DNA from: Candidatus Latescibacterota bacterium
Lineage (GTDB): Bacteria > Latescibacterota > UBA2968
Length of the DNA: 64,000 nucleotides
Direction of reading: 5' to 3'
NCBI GenBank assembly: GCA_965198115.1
Contig: OZ240241.1
Coordinates: 6,016,001-6,080,000, forward strand
The notes under the pieces are model-generated. The model saw only the letters and a program-made list of their open reading frames with translations. It ran no database searches and was not told the origin of the DNA. Shown piece by piece: positions 41,651 to 51,091 of this stretch (the stretch's first letter is position 1; every line of letters starts with the position of its first letter). Position numbers and translations under genes: made by a program.

Positions 41651-42292
41651 ATGAGACCGAGCGACCACGGACTCCCCTACGATCCTGAGTTGGCCGTTCG
41701 TCACCTCTGCTCGTGCGAGCATATGGCGGAGACGATTCAGCGCGTCGGTCCGTGTCGCTTGAGGGCGGATCGAAGACTGTCGCTGTATGCGGCGCTGATG
41801 CGATCGATCACTTATCAGCAGCTGTCAGCCAAAGCGGCAGGGGCGATCTGGCGAAAGGTTCGTGAGCTGTTCCCGGGCCGCTTGCCCCGGCCAGATCGAG
41901 CCATCGAGCTGTCCCACGACGATCTGCGATCGGCCGGTCTGTCGAACGCCAAGGCACGGGCGATCAGGGATCTGACGTCGAAAGTGTTGGATGGGACTGT
42001 TCCCTCGCGTCGACGGCTGAACGGGATGGAGGATGAAGCTGTGATCGAGGCGCTGACGCAGGTTCTGGGTGTGGGTCGATGGACGGCCGAGATGATTCTG
42101 TTGTTTTACCTGGGACGACCCGATGTGTTTCCGGTTGGCGATCTGGGGGTGAGGAAGGGCATCAGCCTGGTCTACCGACAAGAGCGGGTGCTGGAGCCGG
42201 ATGAAATCGAGCCGTTCGGCGATCGCTGGCGTCCCTACCGATCCGTTGGGAGCTGGTATATGTGGCGGGTGCTGGACGTGGAGACACCTTGA
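41651..42292 (+). CDS. DNA-3-methyladenine glycosylase II (AlkA family)
   Basis: SITYQQLSAKAA, HhH LGVGRWTAEM, PDVFPVGDLGV, WRPYRS. Confidence 0.92.
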   Translation: MRPSDHGLPYDPELAVRHLCSCEHMAETIQRVGPCRLRADRRLSLYAALMRSITYQQLSAKAAGAIWRKVRELFPGRLPRPDRAIELSHDDLRSAGLSNAKARAIRDLTSKVLDGTVPSRRRLNGMEDEAVIEALTQVLGVGRWTAEMILLFYLGRPDVFPVGDLGVRKGISLVYRQERVLEPDEIEPFGDRWRPYRSVGSWYMWRVLDVETP

Positions 42293-42385
42293 GAGAACGG
42301 GTGTTCAATTGTTCAGTGTTCAGGGAAAACCACGCTTCGGGCGCAGTCCCTGCTGTGGCTGGCCGCCGGTCGGTGGAGTCTGACG

Positions 42386-42877
42386 GTGAGTTGTGAGATT
42401 CGGAGGGCGGCGGTGCAGGATTGGCCCGGGATCTGGCAGGTGGTCGAGGAAACTGTAAGACCCGGTGACACGTATGCGATCGATCCGGACATCTCAGAGA
42501 GTGATGTGAAGCGCATCTGGTGGACGGATGCGATTGAGACTTTCGTTGCCGAGGCCGAAGGCGAGATCGTCGGGACGTATATCCTGAAACCGAACCAGGG
42601 CGGCTGCGGTGATCACGTGGCGAATGCGGCGTTTATGGTGGCGGAACGGGCGAGGGGAAAGGGTGTGGGCGAGGCGATGGGTCGGGACGTTATCGAGCGG
42701 GCGGCTGCAGCGGGCTATCGGGGGATGCAGTTCAACTTTGTGGTGTCGACGAACACGGGCGCTGTCCGGCTATGGAAGAAACTGGGATTCGATATTGTCG
42801 GGACGTTGCCCAGGGCATTCAGGCATCCCACGAAAGGCGAAGTCGACGCGTATGTGATGTATCGATCGCTCGTGTGA
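42386..42877 (+). CDS. GNAT-family N-acetyltransferase
   Basis: GDHVANAAFMV, ARGKGVG, MQFNFVVSTNTGAVRLWKKLGF. Confidence 0.92.
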   Translation: MSCEIRRAAVQDWPGIWQVVEETVRPGDTYAIDPDISESDVKRIWWTDAIETFVAEAEGEIVGTYILKPNQGGCGDHVANAAFMVAERARGKGVGEAMGRDVIERAAAAGYRGMQFNFVVSTNTGAVRLWKKLGFDIVGTLPRAFRHPTKGEVDAYVMYRSLV

Positions 42878-42880
42878 CGG

Positions 42881-43864
42881 TTACGCGTCGAGGAAGTCTT
42901 TGACGCGTGGATGATCGAGCACCTCGGGGTTGAGGATGTGATCGGGCTGGCGCCCTTCGATGGCGTCGGTGATCTGATCGAAGGTGCATTGGTCGAGACG
43001 CGTGCACGAGCCGACGGTCATTCCGCCGTTGTGGTTCGTGCAGATGATGCGAGGGTTTCCTTCGTGGATGGCACGCGGTCCGTTCACGGGGTCATCGACG
43101 ACATAGTAGTAAAGCCGGTTTTCACGGATGGCGCGGTTGACGTCGTCGTCGTCGACGAGGTTGCCCCGCGAGGGGTTGATGAGCGACGCGTGAGGCTGCA
43201 TCGCGCAGAGCAGGTCGTAGGTCACGATCGTGTCGTCGCCTGCGACGTGGATCGAGACGGTGTCGCATTGCTCGAACAGCGCTTTCGGGTGGTCGACGAC
43301 CTCGGCGCCGTAGTTCGCCGCGACTTCGTGAATGTCGGGTCGGATGTCGTAGACGAGGAGCCGTCCGTTTTCGCCGAGCAGGGGCACGGCTCGCTTGGCA
43401 ACTTCCTGACCGATGCGGCCGAAGCCCAAGAGACCGAGCGATCCCCCTTCGATGTCGAACGTTCGGATGAGCGAGAAATCGCCGCCGTGTGATAGGTGGT
43501 TGAGGGTGTAGGTCCGTTTGAGGGTCGCCGTCCACTGGGCGATTGTATACTCGGCGACCGTGTCCATATGCACGGGCGAAGTGGTGATGATGACGCCGAC
43601 CTCGTTCGCCTTCCTCTGATTCACGTTTTCGAATCCCACGCCCCAACGCGCGATAATGCGCAGGTCTTTCGCCGTTTCGTAGAAGCCATCGTGAATGGGC
43701 TTGGAGTTGGCGATGACGGCGACGACGTTCTCCGCCTCGGCCGCCGTGAGCTCGTCGGGGTAGAATTCTGTCGTGGCCATCTTGTTCAAGGCCGCGATTC
43801 CGTTCGAGCGGACGTCCGATTCGAAATCCGGGTTTTGTAGGGCGGGCGTGAGAAGGATGCGCAT
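42881..43864 (-). CDS. D-isomer-specific 2-hydroxyacid dehydrogenase family protein
   Basis: IARWGVGFENV, TVAEY, GLLGFGRIG Rossmann motif, INPSRG, TNHNGG. Confidence 0.85.
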   Translation of the reverse strand: MRILLTPALQNPDFESDVRSNGIAALNKMATTEFYPDELTAAEAENVVAVIANSKPIHDGFYETAKDLRIIARWGVGFENVNQRKANEVGVIITTSPVHMDTVAEYTIAQWTATLKRTYTLNHLSHGGDFSLIRTFDIEGGSLGLLGFGRIGQEVAKRAVPLLGENGRLLVYDIRPDIHEVAANYGAEVVDHPKALFEQCDTVSIHVAGDDTIVTYDLLCAMQPHASLINPSRGNLVDDDDVNRAIRENRLYYYVVDDPVNGPRAIHEGNPRIICTNHNGGMTVGSCTRLDQCTFDQITDAIEGRQPDHILNPEVLDHPRVKDFLDA

Positions 43865-43890
43865 TGAGTAATCTCCAAAAACAGAAACAA

Positions 43891-43920
43891 GCCACTGAGG
43901 ACACTGAGAACACGGAGAGG
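43891..43920. repeat. 9-bp tandem repeat (CACTGAGGA/CACTGAGAA/CACGGAGAG)
   Basis: Reverse-complement-type copy at 53464-53491. Confidence 0.65.
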
Positions 43921-44047
43921 GTCGGTGAACCTGGACCCGGTGGCCCTATCAGGGGAGCTTGTTCGAGGTAGGACAGAATTCCGTTTTCTGTCGCGGCAAG
44001 ATAGCATTCTGAGTTGGTCGTAGGAAGCGTAGAGATCTGAGATCAAG

Positions 44048-46444
44048 ATGCTTTCCAACTACATCAAAGTCGCCTGGCGGCATCTGTTGCGTGAGAAGGT
44101 GGTCAGTCTGATCAGCGTCGTCAGTCTGTCACTGGGTATCGCGTGTGCTTTGCTGGTGTTCGTCTTTCTGCAGATGGAGTGGGTTCGCGACGATTTCCAC
44201 GTGAACGCAGAGCGGGTGTTCCGCATCGATGGAACGAACGAGGCGGCAAACGACAGGTGGAACGAATCCTTTGCACTTCAATCGGCTGAGCTGGGGTCCG
44301 AACTTCAGACAATGTTGCCCGAGGTCGTGGAATCCGTCGCCCGCTGGGGCCCCAGTTTCGGACGGTTGCGTCGAGACGATTTTACGATTCGATTCGACAT
44401 CACCTACGTAGACAGTTCGCTTTTCTCGATGTTTTCGTTCGACATCGCGTACGGCGATCGGGCACCGTTCTCCACGCCGAACGAAATCGTGCTGACGTCG
44501 AAGACGGCCGAACGCTATGCGAAAGGCGGTGATGTGGCATCTCTCATCGGGGAGTCGTTTACCTTCTACACGAGTGGGAATACCCCCTTCCAAGTCACGT
44601 GCACGGCCATTATCGACGGCCCGACGTATCGATCGAGTCTGCAATTTGAAGGTCTTGTTCCCTTCGACCTGATGGCGGGCTATCAGGAGACGGGAGATGC
44701 GGTTCTGACCTTCGCGATGCTCGAACGACCGGAAGACAGGGTCGCTCTTGAAGGTGCGTTGCCCGATCTGGCGAAACGGATGTTCGCGAAGCAGAGCGAC
44801 GAGCTCCGGGGGAAGGGCCAGTGGTCGCAGGAAGAGGATCCGTTTGCGCTTCACACAGTCGCGCTGAACGAGATGCTCGAGAACCGCACACCGGGCGATA
44901 TGCTGCGGGTGATGTCAGAAGCGATGGTGTGGATCGTCGGCGTGCTGGGAGGGCTCGTGCTGATGGTGGGCGCCGTCAATTTCACCGTGCTTTCTCTCGG
45001 GCGTGCCGTCTACAGAGCAAAGGAGATCGGGCTGCGCAAGGTGACCGGCGCGCAAGGCGGTCAGGTCATCGGTCAGCATATCGTGGAGGCAGTCCTGCTC
45101 TGCGTCATTTCGACTTGCGTGGGTGTCTTTCTGGCGGACACGCTGATGCCACCTCTGTCGGCGCTGTTCTCGATTCCGAACTACGAACTCCGGTGGTCGG
45201 CCACGCCCATCTTTTGGGTTTTCCTCCTCTGTCTGCCTCTTGTTGTGGGATCGCTCGCCGGGTTCTATCCAGCCTATGCCGCGTCACGAATAGAGCCGGC
45301 AGCGGTGATGCGTGGGATCGGAATGCGAGCCCGGAAGGGTCGTCTGGCCCGGTCCCTCGTCGTGATTCAGTTCGGGGCTGCGGTTTTCCTGCTCGCCTCA
45401 ACGGAGGTGATGCTCGGGCAGTATTACCACGGCCGCGCGATGGACCGCGGCTACGACCCGAATTCGCTGCTGGTGATCGACGTGAACAGCGACGACTATG
45501 AACTGATCTACCCACGTTATCGGGCGCGCGTCATCGGGCTTCCGGGCGTCGAAGGCGTTGCGGGGTCTTCGAGGGCGCTCGGTGTGGGGGCAAACTATTA
45601 CAGGTCGGAAGAGCCGGAGATGCACATTTTCCACACGAGCGTGACCCCGGAATTCGCATCGACCTTCGGTCTGACGATTGTGGAAGGACGTGACTTTCGC
45701 CCGAACGGGCCTTTGGACGAGGTCCTGGTGAATCAGAAACTCGTAGAAGAGATGGGTTGGGACGATCCGATCGGTCAAGTCGTTCCCTTTAAATACGGTC
45801 TGGTCGACCACCCGATCGTCGCAGGCGTCGTCGAAGACTTCATCTATCTATTGCCAATGGCCCCTGTGTATCCGTTCGTCGCCCACCGTGACACGTCCCA
45901 ACAGACTGCGAGGGTCTGGGTTCGTTTCGATCGGTCGGAAACCGGAACGATCGTGCCTCAGTTGAAGGAGGCCTGGCGTGAAGTCGCCCCCGCCGCTCCG
46001 ACTGATCTGGAGATTCTTTCAGACTACATCGGGGCGAGGGATGAGGATGAGATCAAACTGTTCGAGTCCGTGGGCTACGCATCTTCGGTATTCGGAACCT
46101 TGATATCCTGTTTGGGTCTGTTCGGGCTCGCGCTGCACACGTTAGCCACGCGGACGAAAGAGGTCGGCGTCCGGAAGGTGCTGGGTGCGTCCGTCCCGTC
46201 GGTGTTCGTTCTGTTGTCCAAACATCTGATTCTTTTGTCGGTTGCCGGGTGCGTGCTGGGGAGCCTGGGTTCCTACTACGTGGTTGGGCTGCTGGTGCAG
46301 AATTTCGCCCACCAGGAACCGATCGGTATCCATCACTTTGCCGTGCCTTCGGCTGCCTTGATTCTTTTGGCGCTGGGCTCGATCTGCTACCATACGGTGA
46401 GGACGGCGTATTTGGATCCGACTGAGGAACTCAAATACGAGTGA
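44048..46444 (+). CDS. MacB/FtsX-type ABC transporter permease (duplicated architecture)
   Basis: MLSNYIKVAWRHL, RAKEIGLRKVTGA, LAGFYPA, RTKEVGVRKVLGAS, DPTEELKYE. Confidence 0.93.
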   Translation: MLSNYIKVAWRHLLREKVVSLISVVSLSLGIACALLVFVFLQMEWVRDDFHVNAERVFRIDGTNEAANDRWNESFALQSAELGSELQTMLPEVVESVARWGPSFGRLRRDDFTIRFDITYVDSSLFSMFSFDIAYGDRAPFSTPNEIVLTSKTAERYAKGGDVASLIGESFTFYTSGNTPFQVTCTAIIDGPTYRSSLQFEGLVPFDLMAGYQETGDAVLTFAMLERPEDRVALEGALPDLAKRMFAKQSDELRGKGQWSQEEDPFALHTVALNEMLENRTPGDMLRVMSEAMVWIVGVLGGLVLMVGAVNFTVLSLGRAVYRAKEIGLRKVTGAQGGQVIGQHIVEAVLLCVISTCVGVFLADTLMPPLSALFSIPNYELRWSATPIFWVFLLCLPLVVGSLAGFYPAYAASRIEPAAVMRGIGMRARKGRLARSLVVIQFGAAVFLLASTEVMLGQYYHGRAMDRGYDPNSLLVIDVNSDDYELIYPRYRARVIGLPGVEGVAGSSRALGVGANYYRSEEPEMHIFHTSVTPEFASTFGLTIVEGRDFRPNGPLDEVLVNQKLVEEMGWDDPIGQVVPFKYGLVDHPIVAGVVEDFIYLLPMAPVYPFVAHRDTSQQTARVWVRFDRSETGTIVPQLKEAWREVAPAAPTDLEILSDYIGARDEDEIKLFESVGYASSVFGTLISCLGLFGLALHTLATRTKEVGVRKVLGASVPSVFVLLSKHLILLSVAGCVLGSLGSYYVVGLLVQNFAHQEPIGIHHFAVPSAALILLALGSICYHTVRTAYLDPTEELKYE

Positions 46445-46510
46445 TTACGAAAGACAGGCGAGTCCTTCGGTACGCGACCTGCGGTACTCAAGGCAGGCAG
46501 GTGAGCAGGT

Positions 46511-47002
46511 GTGGCGACGGTTGATGTTCTGGGGGATCCTATGGGACTGACTGATCGAGCGGAGGCTTTGCGAGGGCAGGCTGAGGAAGAGGCGCAGCGG
46601 CTCGGGCATATGTATGTGTCGACAGGGCACGTTCTACTGGCGATTGCCCGCCACGCAACCGATCAGATCCGCGTGGCCTTGATTCATCTTGAGGTGGAGA
46701 CGAATGAGTTGATCGAACAGATTAACGCGTCGGTTTCAGGATCGGGTGTTCAGGTCAGTAGGCAAGACATTCCCTTTTCGCCCCGCGCTACGAAGGTGTT
46801 CGATCGAGCCAGCGACGTCGCAGCGTCTCTGGGTGCCACGTCTGCCGATAGCGAGCACGTCTTACTCGCTCTGCTTGAAGATGAGGAGGGCGTTGCAGCC
46901 CAGGTGTTGGAGCACTATGGTGTGGATTACGCGTCGATCTTGAATCAGTTGGGGAGCGACAGGGGAGCGGGAGACCAGGGGAACGGGCGTGGTGATGGCT
47001 GA
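46511..47002 (+). CDS. Stand-alone Clp N-terminal domain protein (alternative start 46541)
   Basis: AEEEAQRLGHMYVSTGHVLLAI and PFSPRATKVF...SEHVLLALL Clp_N repeats; no AAA+ domain. Confidence 0.85.
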   Translation: MATVDVLGDPMGLTDRAEALRGQAEEEAQRLGHMYVSTGHVLLAIARHATDQIRVALIHLEVETNELIEQINASVSGSGVQVSRQDIPFSPRATKVFDRASDVAASLGATSADSEHVLLALLEDEEGVAAQVLEHYGVDYASILNQLGSDRGAGDQGNGRGDG

Positions 47003-47023
47003 AGGCACGATTGCTTTGTTGTA

Positions 47024-47045
47024 AAAGTGGCCCCGGGGCCACTTT
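47024..47045. repeat. Perfect 22-bp palindrome
   Basis: AAAGTGGCCCC|GGGGCCACTTT. Confidence 0.85.
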
Positions 47046-47067
47046 CTATAAATAAAATTACAACTAG

Positions 47068-48696
47068 CCTGAATCATGCATGAATTTGAGTTTAGGTTGT
47101 TTTGGAGTGATGTGATCACGCACAGGATTTGTTCTCGGCTTCTTCGGATGTCCAAGGTCCCGTAAGCGGTCTCTACGAGTCGCAAGAGTCACGATTTTCG
47201 TCCGGAACAGGTGTTGTTTTGCGACGTGTACATAGCTGTCCCCGGTATAGATCGGCGTTGTTACTGCGTGTTCGTTTCGAGCCTGGTGATGATTGACACC
47301 AAGACGTTTTTGAGTGGATACGATGTTGGAAAATGGAATCGGATTCTTCGTGCGCTTTCAATGACTCTCGCGCCGATTTTGAGGAAACGGTTCTGTATCG
47401 TGTTGACCTGAGGTTTGGTCCACGCGGTGCCCTTGAGTCCCTGTGATCGGAGTGCGTGAAGCAAGGTGTATGCAGCACTGTGTAGAAAGAGTCGGAACTG
47501 GTTGGCTTCAAACTTGTGGCACGATGTTCGATCGGAGTGAAGGAATGTTTTGTGGTCCTTGATGAAGCCTTCCGTGCGTCCCCTTGCGCAGTAGATACGA
47601 TCATAGATAAAGCCGTCTCGATTACTCTGTAAATTGGTCACGCGGTATCTTGGATTTGCTTCGCCGTTTGTGACTTCAGCCTTGTGAATGATCCGGCGAG
47701 GCTGCCGGTAGGTGCCAGCCTGATATGAGAAGGATGAGAACAAGCGAATCGTCTCCTTATGCTCGCTCAGACGTAGCGCTTGGTCCATCAGGTTTTGTCC
47801 AGCCGCTTTGAGCTTGGAGTTGGCGCCCTGGCCCAGAACGTAGTAGATACCGTTGTCTTCGCAGAAATCGTGCATCTCTGGTGAGCTGAACTTTGAGTCT
47901 GCGCGAACGATGATCTCCACGTTTGGCCAAGATCCGCGTAGGTGTTCCACCAAGCGCTTGAGAATAGAAACGACCTGTTTACCGTTCGTCGGATGCCCGG
48001 GTCTCAAGATCGTCGTAATGAGCTTGCCGCTTTGGCCTTCATAGATATGTAGCGGCATATAGCAGTGTTCATTGTAATACGCGTTGAAGAGTGAAAATTG
48101 TTGCGCACCGTGCGTTGGGTCATCCGTGTCGTCGATATCGAGAATGATGCTTGGGGGTGCCTGGTCATACGATGCGATGAACCCGTCTACAAAAGCCCGT
48201 GCGAGCCGATACAAATCCGAGCGTCGCACATCATTCTCAAGTCGTGTCATCGTTGATTGGCTCCCGAGATCAGGACCGGAAAGAGGAAGCCGATCGCAGG
48301 CAGCCTTGACGCCCGGATCGTGGCGCAAATCATCACAATCGACGGCATCTTCATAGCCGCAAGCGATCTGAAAAACACGCTGCTTCACAAGATCCAAAAG
48401 CGTGTGATCGATATAGCTTGGGTGACGACGATCTCGCAAAGCATCTACCATTCTGGCGATCAATCCCATCTGAGACTCAAGGGCGCGAAGCAACAGAACT
48501 CCACCGTCACTCCTGACGGCGCCACCGGCAAAATCAGCCTCAACTACCTTGCCCGAAATGCTTGCGAATGGTAACCGGATCTGACTAGGTTCTATCACGG
48601 TAGTTCCTTCCAAGTGTTGTTTTGATGTGTCAGCCCTAATGTAGGGAAAAACAAACACTTGTACAAGGAGACTACCTTTTTTATGCATAATTCAGG
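47068..48696 (-). mobile_element. IS1380-family insertion sequence
   Basis: Terminal IRs CCTGAATCATGCATGAA (47068) and TTATGCATAATTCAGG (ends 48696); CTAG on both flanks (47064-47067, 48697-48700); visibly lower GC. Confidence 0.93.
47261..48598 (-). CDS. IS1380-family DDE transposase
   Basis: SDGGVLLL, IACGYED, LDIDDTDDPTHGAQQ, VRADS, YCARGRTEGFIK, ANQFRLFL; GTG 48598 with GGAAGGA RBS. Confidence 0.94.
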   Translation of the reverse strand: MIEPSQIRLPFASISGKVVEADFAGGAVRSDGGVLLLRALESQMGLIARMVDALRDRRHPSYIDHTLLDLVKQRVFQIACGYEDAVDCDDLRHDPGVKAACDRLPLSGPDLGSQSTMTRLENDVRRSDLYRLARAFVDGFIASYDQAPPSIILDIDDTDDPTHGAQQFSLFNAYYNEHCYMPLHIYEGQSGKLITTILRPGHPTNGKQVVSILKRLVEHLRGSWPNVEIIVRADSKFSSPEMHDFCEDNGIYYVLGQGANSKLKAAGQNLMDQALRLSEHKETIRLFSSFSYQAGTYRQPRRIIHKAEVTNGEANPRYRVTNLQSNRDGFIYDRIYCARGRTEGFIKDHKTFLHSDRTSCHKFEANQFRLFLHSAAYTLLHALRSQGLKGTAWTKPQVNTIQNRFLKIGARVIESARRIRFHFPTSYPLKNVLVSIITRLETNTQ

Positions 48697-49605
48697 CTAG
48701 GCCTCTTCAGCCACCTCGCCGAAGGTCCACTCACCGCTGCTGAGCTCGCCACCCTGCTCGACGTGAGTGCCGATAAGCTCTCGATCCTCTGCTACGCCCT
48801 GGTTGCCGCTGACCTTTTGACCGTCACCGAAGGCCGTTTCGCGAACACCGTCGAATCCGGAAACTATCTCGTCCGCGACAAGCCGCAGTTCCTGGGCAAC
48901 CGTCACCACATCTGGTCGCGCATCTGGCCCGCCGCGATGCAGGCTGCAGAATCGATCCGGACTGGTGCGCCCCAGGCCCCGTTGGACTTCGGCACCTTGT
49001 CCGGCGAAGAGCAGTTTGCGTTTTTCAACGGACTCCATCCCGCATCGATCAACGGTGGGCGTGACTTCGCCGCAAATCACGACCTTTCCGGATTTTCGAC
49101 ATTGGTGGATGTAGGCGGTGGGTCCGGCGGTTTCACTCTCGGCCTCGTCGAGCGGTGGTCGCATCTCAAAGCGACGATCGTAGACCTTCCCCACATCATA
49201 CCTCTCACACTGCGCTTTCTCGAGGAAACCGAATCGGAAGATCGAATCGCCGTTGTCGGCGCCGACCTCGTTGCCGGTCCGTGCCCGGAAGATTTGACGA
49301 ATGCTTTCGACATTGCCGTTCTCAGAAACTTCCTGCAGGTCCTCTCGCCCGACGACGCCCGATCCGCCCTCCGCAACGTAGCCGATGCAATGACTACCGG
49401 TGGACGCCTCTACGTCTCCGGTCACATCCTCGACAACACGCGAACAACACCCAGGGACACCGTATCTTTCAACCTGGTGTTCCTCAACATTTACGAAAAC
49501 GGCCAGGCCTATACTCGACACGAGTATGAAACCTGGCTCGAGGAAACGGGATTTAATGGTATTGAGTTTTTGAGTGACGAGCTTGTGACCGCCCTTAAGC
49601 CATAG
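48697..49605 (+). pseudogene. 5'-truncated O-methyltransferase (Methyltransf_2 with dimerisation domain)
   Basis: The frame begins mid-domain at the IS edge (LGLFSHLAEGPLTAAELA), then LVDVGGGSG and VGADL; no start or N-terminus on the left IS flank. Confidence 0.8.
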
Positions 49606-49621
49606 ACGTTCGTCACCGGTA

Positions 49622-49700
49622 CGTGGGGCTAAAGCCCCACGCCAAAAGGCAGCCCTTCGACTGCGCTCAGGATAAACTCCGCCCGCTGAAGCGGGCCGGT
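49622..49700. repeat. Cluster of REP-like hairpins
   Basis: CGTGGGGCT-AA-AGCCCCACG, CCCTTCGACTGCGCTCAGGA, GCCCGCTGAAGCGGGC. Confidence 0.65.
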
Positions 49701-49869
49701 AAGACAACCACTCGCGAAAGAGGATTTATACCCCAGCATGCTTCTGAGGCCCATTCTTGTCCCTCTAAGATCATCGATTGTGGGACGACTGCGAAAAGTG
49801 GTCCCGGCTCAACACACCACCGGGATGACAAAATCTCCCTCGATTTCCCGATTTCCTAATTCCTTAATT

Positions 49870-50964
49870 TCATAATGTCTCAACGCACTCCTGCTTCACT
49901 CGATGTCCTCCATCCACCTCTTCTATCCCCATAGGCCGCGTCAAAGCGATCTCCTTCTCCTGCGTCGTCATCACCGGAAAGGCGTACCGATCATTGCGAT
50001 GCTTCATCGCTCCGCGCTCCGTCTCCCACGTCACGACGAATTCGCGATGAGCGGATAGCCTTCCCTCCGCTTCCTTCCGCCCGATCTCGACGACGTCGTC
50101 CATTCGGTCGGCAATCGTCGACTCGAGCTCTGGATTCAACTCATATCCCACGCTGTTCCGCCCTGTCATCGCCGCAGCCAGACCTGTCGTCCCCGTTCCC
50201 AGAAAGGGATCCAGCACCACATCTCCCCGAACCGAATACATATAGATAAGTCTTCGAGCCAATTCGAGAGGAAAGGCCGCACTTCGATCGCGGCCTCCCC
50301 GATCGAGCGATTGGGACGTGCCCTTCAGGTCCATCCACACATCTGAAAACCAAGCGTTGCGCTCTTCCCAGAAGATCGCACTCGATCGGCGGAGCTTTTT
50401 TTCCTGATCGGTCTCGAACACACGCTTCCCACCCTTCCGCAGGATCAGGATATACTCGTGCTCCAGCGTGACATAGGCACCCACCGGCAGCATTCCCGAT
50501 CCCATAAACTTGGTCGGCGCATTCGTCGGCTTCCGCCACAGGATTACGGGCAACGGCGAAAACCCGAGGTCTTGGGCTGCACGAAGTACTCTCGCGTGGT
50601 TGGGGTAAAGTTGAAAGTCATCGCCAATCGTCCTCACCGCATCCCCGACGTTCAGACAGGCGAAGCCGCCCTGGCGCAGCACGCGCCAGCATTCCCTCCA
50701 CACCTCATCCAATTGTCGATGCATCGCCTCGAACGCCCCGACTCCATCGTCCTCTGCCAGCCTGTTCGCGGTTCGCGGGTCTCGGTTCCCGAGCGCATCA
50801 TCCCACATCGCGATCATCGGATACGGGGGCGACGTTATAACGAGATCCACCTCACCATCAGCAACGGCAGTCATGTCCGCAGCATCTTCGAAATAGACAG
50901 TGTGCGAAGTCTCGATTGCCGTATTTTGCACTTTGCATTCTCCATTTTGCATTGTTAACGACAT
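49870..50964 (-). CDS. Beta-class site-specific DNA methyltransferase (N4-cytosine type), M.MthZI/Zim-like
   Basis: TSPPYPMIAMWD (motif IV) precedes VLDPFLGTGTT (motif I); WRKPTNAPTKFMGSGMLP and TLEHEYIL resemble, from memory, archaeal CTAG methylases. Confidence 0.9.
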   Translation of the reverse strand: MSLTMQNGECKVQNTAIETSHTVYFEDAADMTAVADGEVDLVITSPPYPMIAMWDDALGNRDPRTANRLAEDDGVGAFEAMHRQLDEVWRECWRVLRQGGFACLNVGDAVRTIGDDFQLYPNHARVLRAAQDLGFSPLPVILWRKPTNAPTKFMGSGMLPVGAYVTLEHEYILILRKGGKRVFETDQEKKLRRSSAIFWEERNAWFSDVWMDLKGTSQSLDRGGRDRSAAFPLELARRLIYMYSVRGDVVLDPFLGTGTTGLAAAMTGRNSVGYELNPELESTIADRMDDVVEIGRKEAEGRLSAHREFVVTWETERGAMKHRNDRYAFPVMTTQEKEIALTRPMGIEEVDGGHRVKQECVETL

Positions 50965-51091
50965 CCTTAGATTAGGGCCACCATCCGGAGATGTCTAGCA
51001 CGAAAACACGCGCAGGTGTCACTTCGAGCGGAGTCGAAGGGTCGAGAAGTCCGACCCAAATTCCATAGTTTCCTGATTCCCTAATTTCCCA

